Below are positions 38,005-48,392 of a stretch of DNA of 64,000 nucleotides, piece by piece. Origin of the DNA: Malacoraja senta (Eukaryota); contig CM075977.1 of NCBI GenBank assembly GCA_038087875.1, forward strand, positions 330,956,001 through 331,020,000, written 5' to 3'. Made by a program: the position numbers and the translations under genes. Each line of letters opens with the position of its first letter. The first letter of the stretch is position 1. Under the pieces are notes generated by a model. It ran no database searches. It worked only from the letters and a program-made list of their open reading frames with translations, and was not told the origin of the DNA.

Positions 38005-39119
38005 ATCCAGCTCGCGGTTTTTCAGGCGAGTGCCCCCGAGCTTGAAGGTCGCAGACAGTTTGCTGAAAAGTCGCATAAGTGGGACAGGCCCTTCAGCTGA
38101 AGACCAGATATCAGTTCTGCAATGCCCAGAGCACAATGCTGGAGCAATATCTATCCCTCTAACATGACAGATGGCAACACAGCAGACTGTCTGAGAATGA
38201 AGGAATGTGCAGGCCTCCCAACTGCATTGTCCATTAAGGTCTTTTGGCAGCAGTTACACACTCTCTGTGTGACCATTAATGCTGAGAGATTGATAGTCTT
38301 TACTGTGGCAAAACAGTGAGGGTTCCCATGTGAAATCCTTAAACCCACGGGTCTAGAATCCATCACTCCCTGAACTCGGCATGTTAACCAGCCAAATCCA
38401 ACTTTGCAGCTGTGTGCTCTCTATTCTGGACATGGAGTTGAATAAAATGCCACAAACCTCTGCTATGTGGTAGATATCAGCCACTGCCACTGGAATGATA
38501 TGAAAGGCAATAGGTTCACACCTTTGCTACTTCTCCTCTGTAGAGGGGTTGGTCAGGCCTGGGTAGTTGACTGGCATTTTTGAACTTGTTTGCCTCTGGG
38601 TGCTTTCTCGCTGAGAAATAGAGATAGGGACATGACTCCCAGTAGATTCTTGAAGGATAGAGTCTCCCCTCCATCCCCTTCATCCCTCCATGAGGCTTCC
38701 CTTTCGGCAAACTGATCCTGACTGTGCTGTAGATCCAATGGCATTACTAATAAAGAATACATTTATAAGCAGGAATATGATAGTCAGCCCCAGAGGTTTG
38801 TCAGAGGTTCAGCCACATAGAGCACAATGAACTTAACTCTAAGTTAATCCTCGACAAACCTGCCAGCAATTAAGGATCCCTTAGATGCAAAGGTCAGGGC
38901 TTCTCCTTGCTCTTCATACCTGATGTCTGGTTCATTCACTCGTGTGTCAGATGACGCATATCTCGCTGTTGGCTTCCATCGTCGTCCAACATGTTGACAG
39001 AATTGGTTGCCTGACGCGTCACAAAGTGCATCGTGTCGTCGTTTCCAGGGATCGCCACGAGGAGGTTTCTGTCATGATCCCCCTGATGTCCGGTGTGCAG
39101 CCCATACTGGATGTCAGAT

Positions 39120-39240
39120 GTGTAGGAAGGAACTGCAGATGCTGGTTTAAACCAGAGAAAGACAAAAAAAGCTGAAGTAACTCAGCGGGTCAGACAGCAT
39201 CTCTGGAGAAAAGGAATAGGTGACGCTTCAGGTTGAGACG
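39120..39240 (-). mobile_element. Penelope-like terminal fragment
   Basis: AGGAAGGAACTGCAGATGCTGG...GTAACTCAGCGGGTCAG. Confidence 0.7.
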
Positions 39241-40022
39241 TGCTTGGACACAACCCAACAGACAATAGACAATAGACAATAGACAATAGGTGCAGGAGTA
39301 GGCCATTTGGCACTTTGAGCCAGCACCGCCATTCAATGTGATCATGGCTGATCATCCCCAATCAGTACCCCGTTCCTGCCCTCCCCATATCCCCTGACTC
39401 CACTATTTTTAAGAGCCCTATCTAGCTCTCTCTTGAAAGCATCTAGAGAACCTGCCTCCACCGCCCTCTGAGGCAGAGAATTCCACAGACTCACCACTCT
39501 CTGTGAGAAAAAGTGTTTCCTCGTCTCCATTCTAAATGGCTTACACCTTATTCTTAAACTGCGGCCCCTGGTTCTGGACTCCCCCAACATCGGGAATATG
39601 TTTCCTGCCTCGAGCGTGTCCAAACCCTTAACAATCATATATGTTCCAATGAGATCCCCTTCATCCTTCTAAACTCCAGAGTGTACAAGCCCAGCTGCTC
39701 CATTCTCTCAGCATATGACATTCCCGCCATCCCGGGAATTAACCTTGTAAATCTACGCTGCACTCCCTCAATAGCAAGAAGGTCCTTCCTCAATTTAGAG
39801 GACCAAAACAGCACACAATACTCCAGGTGTGGTCTCACAAGGGCTCTGTACACCTGCAGATGGACCTCTTTGCTCCTATATTCGATTCCTCTTGTTATAA
39901 AGGCCAACATGCCATTCGCTTTCTTCACTGCCTGCTGTACCTGCATGCTTACTTTCATAGACTGATGAACAATGACCCCCAGATCCCGTTGTACTTTCCC
40001 TTTTCCCAACTTGACGCCATTT

Positions 40023-42429
40023 TTTTTTTTTTTTAATTTTATTTTTATTTTTTTATTTTATTAGAAGTAAGTACAATTGTATACAATCATATTTACATAA
40101 TACCTTTTATGTACAGCTTCTTATTTTTTAAATTTTTTTAAATAAAGAAGAAAAAGAAAAAAGTTAGATAATGAAAAATAGAAAAATGTGAGATATATAG
40201 TGTGTGAAAAACAAAAATAAAGAATGAAATAAGAAAGTTGAGACATAGAAAATAGAAGAGAGAGAATAAAAGAAAAGAAGAGAAGAAAAGAAAATAGAAG
40301 GAGATCATTTATAATCTTGACCATCCGCAGTCACGGATTAGCTTTTACACCTGTTTTGCACCATACGTTTCCAAAAAGACGACAAATGGAGACCAACTCG
40401 TTATGAATTGGTCAAATTTATCTATTAGGAGGAATCGCATTTCCTCAAGATGTGCGGTATCCAACATACTTGCAATCCACATTTTGAGCGTTGGTATTGG
40501 TGTATTTTTCCAAAATTTCAATATTAATTTTTTTGCTATTATTAAACCATAATTAAAAATTGACTTTTGAGATGAGCTCAATTTGTTCCCGTCTTCCATT
40601 ACCCCAAATATAATCAATTCATTATTGGGTTCCATTTTTGTCTTAAATAGTTTTGTAAATATTTCGAAAATATCACTCCAAAATCCATGAAGTTTTATAC
40701 AAGAAACAAAAGAGTGTGTTATAGTTGCTTCTTGGGTTAAACATTTATCGCAAATGGGCGATATATTTGGATAAAATTTATTTAATCTTGTTTTTGAGTA
40801 ATATAATCTATGTAAAATTTTAAATTGGATTAGATTATGTCTTGCGTTAATCGAACACTTGTGAATGTATGTCAAATACTTTTCCCATGTAGCCTTCGTA
40901 ATTTTTATCAATAATTCCCGTTCCCACTCTTCTCTAATTACCTCGGTCACAGGTAAATCTATATTTAAGATACTATTATATAAATATGCTATTAATTTTT
41001 GTGTATCAGCTTTTATATTCATTACTTCTTCTAGTAAATCAGGAGTTATTTTTTGATATCCCTGTATGTATGTCTTCAAAAAATTACAAATCTGAAAATA
41101 TTTAAAATAATGAGTGTTTTTCAGTTTAAATTTTAATTGTAATTGTTGAAATGATAATAAATCTCCCATTTCATACATATCCCCGATCCTTTTAATTCCT
41201 AAACTTTCCCATTGATTATATATTTTATCCATCATAGATGGTTTAAATAAAGGATTATTCGCTATCGGTGTTAACAATGATAGGTTTCTTAATTTTAAGG
41301 ATAGTTTTATTTGTTTCCATATTCTTATTGTATCTTGTATAATTGGGTTTTTCTTATATATTGTATTGTTCATTTTTTTCGGGGAGAAGAGGATTGTTCC
41401 TATATTACAAGGATAACAATCCTCTTTCTCCATTTTTATCCATTCTGTCTGTTGAGTTGAACTATCCAACCAGTAAATTATATTCTTAATATGTATTGCC
41501 CAATAGTAATACAAAAAATTAGGGAGTGAAAGTCCCCCGACATCTTTTGGTTTACATAAGTGTTCTTTTTTAATTCTATGTGATTTGTAATCCCAAACAA
41601 AATTAGTAATATTAGCATTCAGTTTAGAAAAAAAATATTTTGGTACATATACTGGTATAGATTGAAATAGGTATAATAACTGTAGTAAGAAGCTCATTTT
41701 AATAGCATTTATTCTGCCTATTAATGATAAAGGGAGTGTTTTCCAAAATGTTATCATTATATTAAGTTTATTTATTAAGGGTATAAAATTAGCATTGAAT
41801 AAAGCTTTATGTTTTCTAGTAATCTGTATACCCAGATATTTAAATTTTTCTGTTGCTATTTTAAAGGGGAATTTCAATAAGTGTGTGGATTCTTGAGGTT
41901 TTAACGTCATAATTTCACTTTTGTTCCAGTTTATTCTATATCCTGAAAAGGACCCAAATTCCTCTATTAAATTTAATAAATTTGTTATGCTCGTTTGTGA
42001 ATTTGTTATATATAACAAAATATCGTCTGCATACAATGAAATTTTATTATTTGAGTCCCTAGTATTATAACCCTGAATATTCGGATGGCTTCTTATACTT
42101 TCAGCCAGAGGTTCTATCATAAGGGCAAATAGCAGGGGTGATAAAGCACATCCCTGCCTATTACCCCTTGATAATTGAATTTTTTGAAATAACATGCTGT
42201 TAGTTAATATTCTTGCCATCGGTTTATCATATAATAATTTCACCCATGCAATAAAATTCTCTCCCATATTAATTTTTTGTAATACTATGTATAAATACTG
42301 CCATTCTACCTGATCAAATGCTTTCTCTGCGTCCAAAGAAATAATTGCTGTCTTTTTCTTCCCTTTTATGTGAGTACATTATATTAAACAGGCGTCTCAA
42401 ATTATTAAATGAATATCTTTTGGGTATAA
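40023..42429 (-). mobile_element. L1-clade LINE, 5'-truncated, with poly(A) tail and 15-bp TSD
   Basis: T-rich tail at ~40021-40060; TSD AACTTGACGCCATTT at 40008-40022 and 42430-42444. Confidence 0.93.
40345..42336 (-). CDS. L1 ORF2 fragment: RT and C-terminal cysteine-rich domain, uninterrupted for 663 aa
   Basis: DAEKAFD, RGNRQGCALSPLLF, LYADD, YLGI, CDKC-x8-H-x4-C. Confidence 0.9.
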   Translation of the reverse strand: MDAEKAFDQVEWQYLYIVLQKINMGENFIAWVKLLYDKPMARILTNSMLFQKIQLSRGNRQGCALSPLLFALMIEPLAESIRSHPNIQGYNTRDSNNKISLYADDILLYITNSQTSITNLLNLIEEFGSFSGYRINWNKSEIMTLKPQESTHLLKFPFKIATEKFKYLGIQITRKHKALFNANFIPLINKLNIMITFWKTLPLSLIGRINAIKMSFLLQLLYLFQSIPVYVPKYFFSKLNANITNFVWDYKSHRIKKEHLCKPKDVGGLSLPNFLYYYWAIHIKNIIYWLDSSTQQTEWIKMEKEDCYPCNIGTILFSPKKMNNTIYKKNPIIQDTIRIWKQIKLSLKLRNLSLLTPIANNPLFKPSMMDKIYNQWESLGIKRIGDMYEMGDLLSFQQLQLKFKLKNTHYFKYFQICNFLKTYIQGYQKITPDLLEEVMNIKADTQKLIAYLYNSILNIDLPVTEVIREEWERELLIKITKATWEKYLTYIHKCSINARHNLIQFKILHRLYYSKTRLNKFYPNISPICDKCLTQEATITHSFVSCIKLHGFWSDIFEIFTKLFKTKMEPNNELIIFGVMEDGNKLSSSQKSIFNYGLIIAKKLILKFWKNTPIPTLKMWIASMLDTAHLEEMRFLLIDKFDQFITSWSPFVVFLETYGAKQV

Positions 42430-42659
42430 AACTTGACGCCATTTAGATAATAATCTGCCTTCCTGTTTTTGCTACCAAAGTGGAAAACCTCACATTTATC
42501 CGCATTAAACTTCATCTGCCATGCATCTGCCCACTCCCCCAACCTGTCCAAGTCACCCTGCATTCTCATAGCATCCTCCTCACAGTTCACACTGCCACCC
42601 AGCTTTGTGTCATCTGCAAATTTGCTAATGTTACTTTGAATCCCTTCATCCAAATAACT

Positions 42660-43234
42660 TCTGCAGACCCTGTCAATTAGGTGCAGAATGCATAGAATGG
42701 ATTGGATGAATGCAAACCAGAGATACACCTTGTAAATAATGTTGCAAAGCTTTACTTTGCTGAATGTTGATTGGATGAGGTATTGAGCCTTGTCTTGCAT
42801 ATCAGGGTAAATGTTGCGATATTTGCTTCCTCCGAGAAACACTGTTAGAATACAATGTATTAGCTACTGTATGATTGGGTTAGGGAAATGTCTATGGGGA
42901 TAATCGATATCTGCAATTGGATTGCAAAAAGACCACCCCCATGTGGTTCGGCCCCTCAAGGTCCGGGGACCTATTAAAGTCCGCTGCCACGAGGTCTTGC
43001 GTCGATCTTCTGGGAGAGCACTTGGGACTGCATGACCTTCTGGAGTGTCTCTGTTTGAGCGAGGCCTAGAGGGCTTGATCAGGCAGATACGAGGATCGAA
43101 CCCGCGGTGGTTTGGTACAGTAGTTGGAACTGTAATTGTGTTTTGTCAAAATAAAGATTAGTTGCGCAAGTGCTTGATTCAGTGGTTTTTGACTGAAACT
43201 AGACTGGGCGGAGGCTTAGAATGAGCAATTTACA
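42660..43234 (+). mobile_element. ERV 5' LTR (5' end missing at the CR1 junction)
   Basis: Homologous to ~57990-58578; several ATTGG boxes, TATA-like CTATTAAA at ~42971, AATAAA at ~43149; ends TTTACA. Confidence 0.9.
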
Positions 43235-43235
43235 T

Positions 43236-43253
43236 TGGGGGCTCGTCCGGGAT
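43236..43253 (+). promoter_or_regulatory. tRNA-Pro primer-binding site
   Basis: TGGGGGCTCGTCCGGGAT, identical to the MLV PBS-Pro; single-mismatch copies at 46288-46305 and 63859-63876. Confidence 0.95.
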
Positions 43254-44370
43254 CTCAACAGACCCCCAAACACAAGTTTTCGATCAAGGGTGTTGAGCTG
43301 TTTCGATCACGAGTGCAGAAATCGGGCCCACTGTGCGGTTTTCGTATTGAATTTCGGCACTTCGCTAGTCGGAGCGGATTGATGACTCGCACGCTTGGGA
43401 AACGGTCTAATGGAGATCATTAGAATAGAGTCTATCAAGCACAGGGGGGGGGGTGGTTAGCACTCCTTTGGTTTGGGGCCCCTAAAACAGGGTGTGGAGT
43501 GGCCGAAAACTTGGACGTAGTTGACAGACTGCAGCTGCTTTAACGAGAGCCTGACGTGCTTCATTGGGCGAGGTGTGGCCCAAGGTTAGATTTGGTATCC
43601 TATTGGCGGGGTAATGAAATACAGGTCTGGTCTATGTATCGATCTATCTTTGCCGGCAGCGCGGATTGGAAAGGTGTGCTCTGAAAATCGGCATCGACAA
43701 CTGCCAGCGCGAAGCGGCTAGGCGCTGAACCCCCCGTGCCCAGCAGAGAGGAATATCTGTGTGAAGGTGTCTGAGTCCCTTCTTGAAGTGACGTATGAGG
43801 AACCTCGTAAAGGTACTGGGTTCAGTTGTCAGAGTATAGATTGGCTGGGAATATTCTAGTCCATTCGAGAATTTAATTGGGCAATTTAGTTTAATTAGCG
43901 AGCCCGTGTATGTGGAGCACTAAAACTAGGAGTTCGAGAACGAGTCTAGATTTGCAGAATCAAATTTCCAAATATAGAATTTCACATTGAAGTTCTGCCC
44001 ATAAGGTAGAATTCGAATTCTTGTAGATAGAAATTCGGAGTTGGTGCATGTCCGTGATCAATTCCAAATAGCGGCTGATCAACAGTGAATAGTAACCCTC
44101 TGATCGATTGTTGATTAGTACCTGATAGCGAAGAGTACCTGAGAGATGGGAACCTGTTTACTTGGTGAAAAGTAATCCGAATAGCGAAGGGTACCCCTAA
44201 GTCTGTAGAACTTAGATAGGAGGGATAGAGGTCCCCCTATAGAAGTCCAGTCTTAGCAGAGGGATAGTAACATTCGGGAGGAAAAGTAGTCATTTAAGGA
44301 GTAGTACCCCTCAGCAAAGAGTAACCTAGGAAGGGGGAAATCTTCGGTACCAGAGGGAGAGGTTCACTGA

Positions 44371-44371
<1 letters not shown>

Positions 44372-44424
<53 letters not shown>

Positions 44425-44784
44425 TATTTTATTGTCATTGCACAGAGGTACAACGAGATTTGGTATGCAGCTTCCATCCGACGTAATAACTTAATTAACT
44501 TAAAATTTAGACACCCAGAGAGACAAGATTTAAAAAAAACACAGTAAAACAGTATAAAGTGCAAATAGGTCTGTGCCGGGTCGATGTGCGACGTGACCAT
44601 CCGAGGAAGACATTTCATGGGGGGGAGGGGAGGAGGGGGGGAAGGGGAGGGGGGGAGGGGGGAGGGGGGGAGGGGGGGGACTCAGCAGGGCCGGTTCAGA
44701 GCAGCTATAGCTCTGGGGATGAAGCTGTTCCTAAGTCTGGAGATGCGGGCGTAGAAGGCCATGTAACGTCTGCCGGAAGGCAAA
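44372..44784 (-). mobile_element. Rex1/Babar-like 3' fragment with (TAA)n tail in the ERV leader (duplicated at 47425-48445)
   Basis: LPSGRRYMAFYARISRLRNSFIPRAIALLN; G-rich tract; (TAA)n. Confidence 0.8.
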
Positions 44785-47423
44785 CACAGCATGACACGGT
44801 TGTCAAGATTGAGTGTTTGTAAACTGTGCGCTAGTGCTTTAAATCATTTTAGTAAATTGTAAAAATGTTTTGTATTGTTATCGGATCCAAATTGTATAAA
44901 TATTCCGTGTATGTAAACAAATTTAGAGTGTGTTAAGATTTAGAAAGTTAAGATTTAAAGTGTGTTAAGTTCACGGACCGTTGTTTATATTGCTGCTTGA
45001 GTGCGTCTTTACGGATTTAGATACGAAGTAAAAGTGTGTTTGAGTTAAATATTTGTAATTGTTTAGAGTGTAGTATTGTGAGAATCTGAGTCGTGGTGGT
45101 TCGATCAGGGATTGTACTCTTTCGAGCGGGGGAGGAGTCATTCCACTGACCGATTGCTCCATGAGGAGGATTTATTAGAGTGCGTGATTGATTTATAATA
45201 AACAAATGTTTGTGGTTTATGTAGGAGTGTGGTTGTGCCTGATAGTAATAGGTAGCATGTTATCCTGCTTGTGGACTGTGTTACTTGCATGTCTTAAGAT
45301 CATTTTCAGGTGTTTCGATTGAGGATTAAATGAGCGTGGGATTGTGTTTGATTGTGCTTGGATGTGTTTGATTGTTCGCTGGAGTACACTGATCCTTGAA
45401 TGACTGGGGATTGAGAAAGTTGTAAGGTTGAAAGGGTGTGGACTTGTGGGAGATAGGAGAAGAATTTGAATAGTAGAGTAGGATTGGTGGTGCAAAGGAG
45501 CAAAGAGTTGTGAGGCTGCGAAAGCTTTGAACCATTAGCCATTGTTTAAGAGCGAGCTTGATAAATTTAGGGATCAAAATGAAGGATTTAGGAATTCTGT
45601 TTTGGGTGTTCGGAAGCATGGGGAATAATGTGGATCGAGATGTGATCTTCTGAGGTAAATAGCCCATTGCAACTAATGTGTAATGAGGTCCCTCACAAAG
45701 CAGAGAAATTAAGAAATTATGAAATAAGCTATGGCTGCCGGGGGGGCATTAGAACAGTAAAAGGGATAAAATACATAGAACGGATTATTTGGCAGCATAG
45801 TAATAACGATAGTGCAAAAGAATTAATAGGGTTATGGAGAAAATATTATGAGGAACGGAAGGCAAATAAGGCGGTTAAGAGAATGGCTAGTTGTGAAAAA
45901 GCGATCGCTAAACTCGGAATAGAACTAAAAGAAGGTGAAGTAGATCGACCTCCAGGCAGTAGAAGGACAGGAGTGGAGATGAAGAGAAACACACAGAACA
46001 AGGGAAAGTTAGATCTCCTGGAAGGAAATTAGTCCCTGTAGAATTAAAGATTAGGAATCCGATGGTTAGTGCTGACTTCGAGGGGGAAGGAGATGAATAT
46101 TCGGAAGAGTGGACAAATGTTAACGATAGTCGAAGTTCGCAGCTCCCACCATGTTCCTCTTGCATTTCTCAGTAGTTGGAACTGTAATTGTGTTTTGTCA
46201 AAATAAAGATTAGTTGCGCAAGTGCTTGATTCAGTGGTTTTTGACTGAAACTAGACTGGGCGGAGGCTTAGAATGAGCAATTTACATTGGGGGCTCATCC
46301 GGGATCTCAACAGACCCCCAAACACAAGTTTGCGATCAAGGGTGTTAAGCTGTTTCGATCACGAGTGCAGAAATCGGGCCCACTGTGCGGTTTTCGTATT
46401 GATTTTCGGCACTTCGCTAGTCGGAGCGGATTGATCACTCGCACGCTACGGAAAGGGTCTAATGGAGATCATTAGAATAGAGTCTATCAAGCACGGGGGG
46501 GGGGGTGGTTAGCACTCCTTTGGTTTTGGGGCCCATAAAACAGGGTGTGGAGTGGCCCAAAACTTGGACGTAGTTGACAGACTGCAGCTGCTTTAACGAG
46601 AGCCTGACGCGCTTCATTGGGCGTTGTGTGGCCCAAGGTTAGATTTGGTATCCTATCAGCAGGGTAATGAAATACAGGTCTGGTCTACGTATCGATCTAT
46701 CTTTGCCGGGAGCGCGGATTGGAAAGGTGTGCTTTGAAAATCGGCATCGACAACTGCCAGCGCGAAGCGGCTAGGCGCTGAATCCCCCGTGCCCAGCAGA
46801 GAGGAATATCTGTGTGAAGGTGTCTGAGTCCCTTCTTGAAGTGACGTATGAGGAACCTCGTAAAGGTACTGGGTTCAGTGGTCAGAGTATAGATTGGCTG
46901 GGAATATTCTAGTCCATTCGAGAATTTAATTGGGCAATTTAGTTTAATTAGCGAGCCCGTGTATGTGGAGCACTAAAACTAGGAGTTTGAGAACTAGTCT
47001 AGATTTGCAGAATCAAATTTCCAAATACAGAATTTCACATTGAAGTTCTGCCCATAAGGTAGAATTCGAACTCTCGTAGATAGAAATTCGGAGTTGGTGC
47101 ATGTCCGTGATCAATTACAAATAGCGGCTGATCAACAGTGAATAGTAACCCTCTGATCGATTGTTGATTAGTACCTGATAGCGAAGAGTACCTGAGAGAT
47201 GGGAACCTGTTTACTTGGTGAAAAGTAATCCGAATAGCGAAGGGTACCCCTAATGCTGTAGAACTTAGATAGGAGGGATAGAGGTCCCCCTATAGAAGTC
47301 CAGTCTTAGCAGAGGGATAGTAACATTTGGGAGGAAAAGTAGTCATTTAAGGAGTAGTACCCCTCAGCAAAGAGTAACCTAGGAAGGGGGAAATCTTCGG
47401 TACCAGAGGGAGAGGTTCACTGA

Positions 47424-47474
<51 letters not shown>

Positions 47475-47789
47475 TATTTTATTGTCATTGCACAGAGGTA
47501 CAACGAGATTTGGTATGCAGCTTCCATCCGATGTAATAACTTAATTAACTAAAAATTGAGACACCCAGAGAAACAAGATTAAAAAAAAACACAGTAAAAC
47601 AGTATAAAGTGCAAATAGGTCTGTGCCGGGTCGATGTGCGACGTGACCATCCGAGGAAGACAGTTCATGGGGGGGAGGGGGGGGAGGGGGGGAGGGGGGG
47701 AGGGGGGAGAGGGGGAGGGGGGGAGGGGGGGGGGACTCAGCAGGGCCGGTTCAGAGCAGCTATAGCTCTGGGGATGAAGCTGTTCCTAA

Positions 47790-48392
47790 TAGCCGTGTCT
47801 TACCTGTTTGCGGTCATCGGCGGTGAAGCGCGGCATCGCCGGTAGCGAGGACCGCGCGGCAACTGCGAGAGCGTCGAGCCTATCCACCGGAGCGCCGCAC
47901 GGATGTTGCGCGGGGGCCGAGTTAATTCAAACACGGCGGGTCCCACGTGCTTGCGGTAAGTAAAAAAAGGGCGGGCCGACTGCGATGACGTCGGCCCCCC
48001 GCACGTGACTCACCAGCGGCGGCTGTGGCGGCGGCCATCCTGATCGCGGCGCTGTAGCGGTGGCTGTGCCTGCGGCCGCGCAGCACACGTGCCTCACTGG
48101 CGGCGGCACGTGCGTCACTGGCGGAGGCTGTGGCAGAGGAGGTTTGACGCACGGCGCTCGACCCACACTGGCGGCGGCCCGTGCGAGCGGCCGTGCGCAC
48201 TCGTGCATCACTGGTGGAGGTTGTGCGGTGAGTATAGTGTTTTCGACATTGTCGATTTTATTTTTGCACCGCGCGGTGTTGGGAACACCGTCGCACGGCC
48301 CGGGAATTGTTCTTTCTCACGAGTGCGCGGTCTATGGCGGCAGATTCTTCCCGTTTCGCCGCCAATGACCGCAGATTCGTGAGACAGACCTT
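47790..48392. mobile_element. GC/CpG-rich Harbinger-type MITE present only in duplicate copy 2
   Basis: Empty site CCTAAGTC in copy 1; TAA duplicated (47787-47789, 48393-48395); imperfect TIRs. Confidence 0.82.

Larger units (their letters stand above)
36936..38092. mobile_element. PIF/Harbinger-type non-autonomous DNA transposon spanning the gap (could be two elements)
   Basis: GGCTGTCCCACTATG ... TAAGTGGGACAGGCCCT; same TIR family as 58814-59528. Confidence 0.6.
39257..42655 (-). mobile_element. Young CR1 (39257-40022 plus 42430-42655) split by an L1 insertion
   Basis: RT reading YYLNGVK|LGKGKVQRDLG is continuous across the insertion. Confidence 0.92.

Noticed and set aside
37268-38136. 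Long ORFs (SPLF/GEKG-rich and X-containing)
   Set aside because: Artefacts of a CT microsatellite and the N gap
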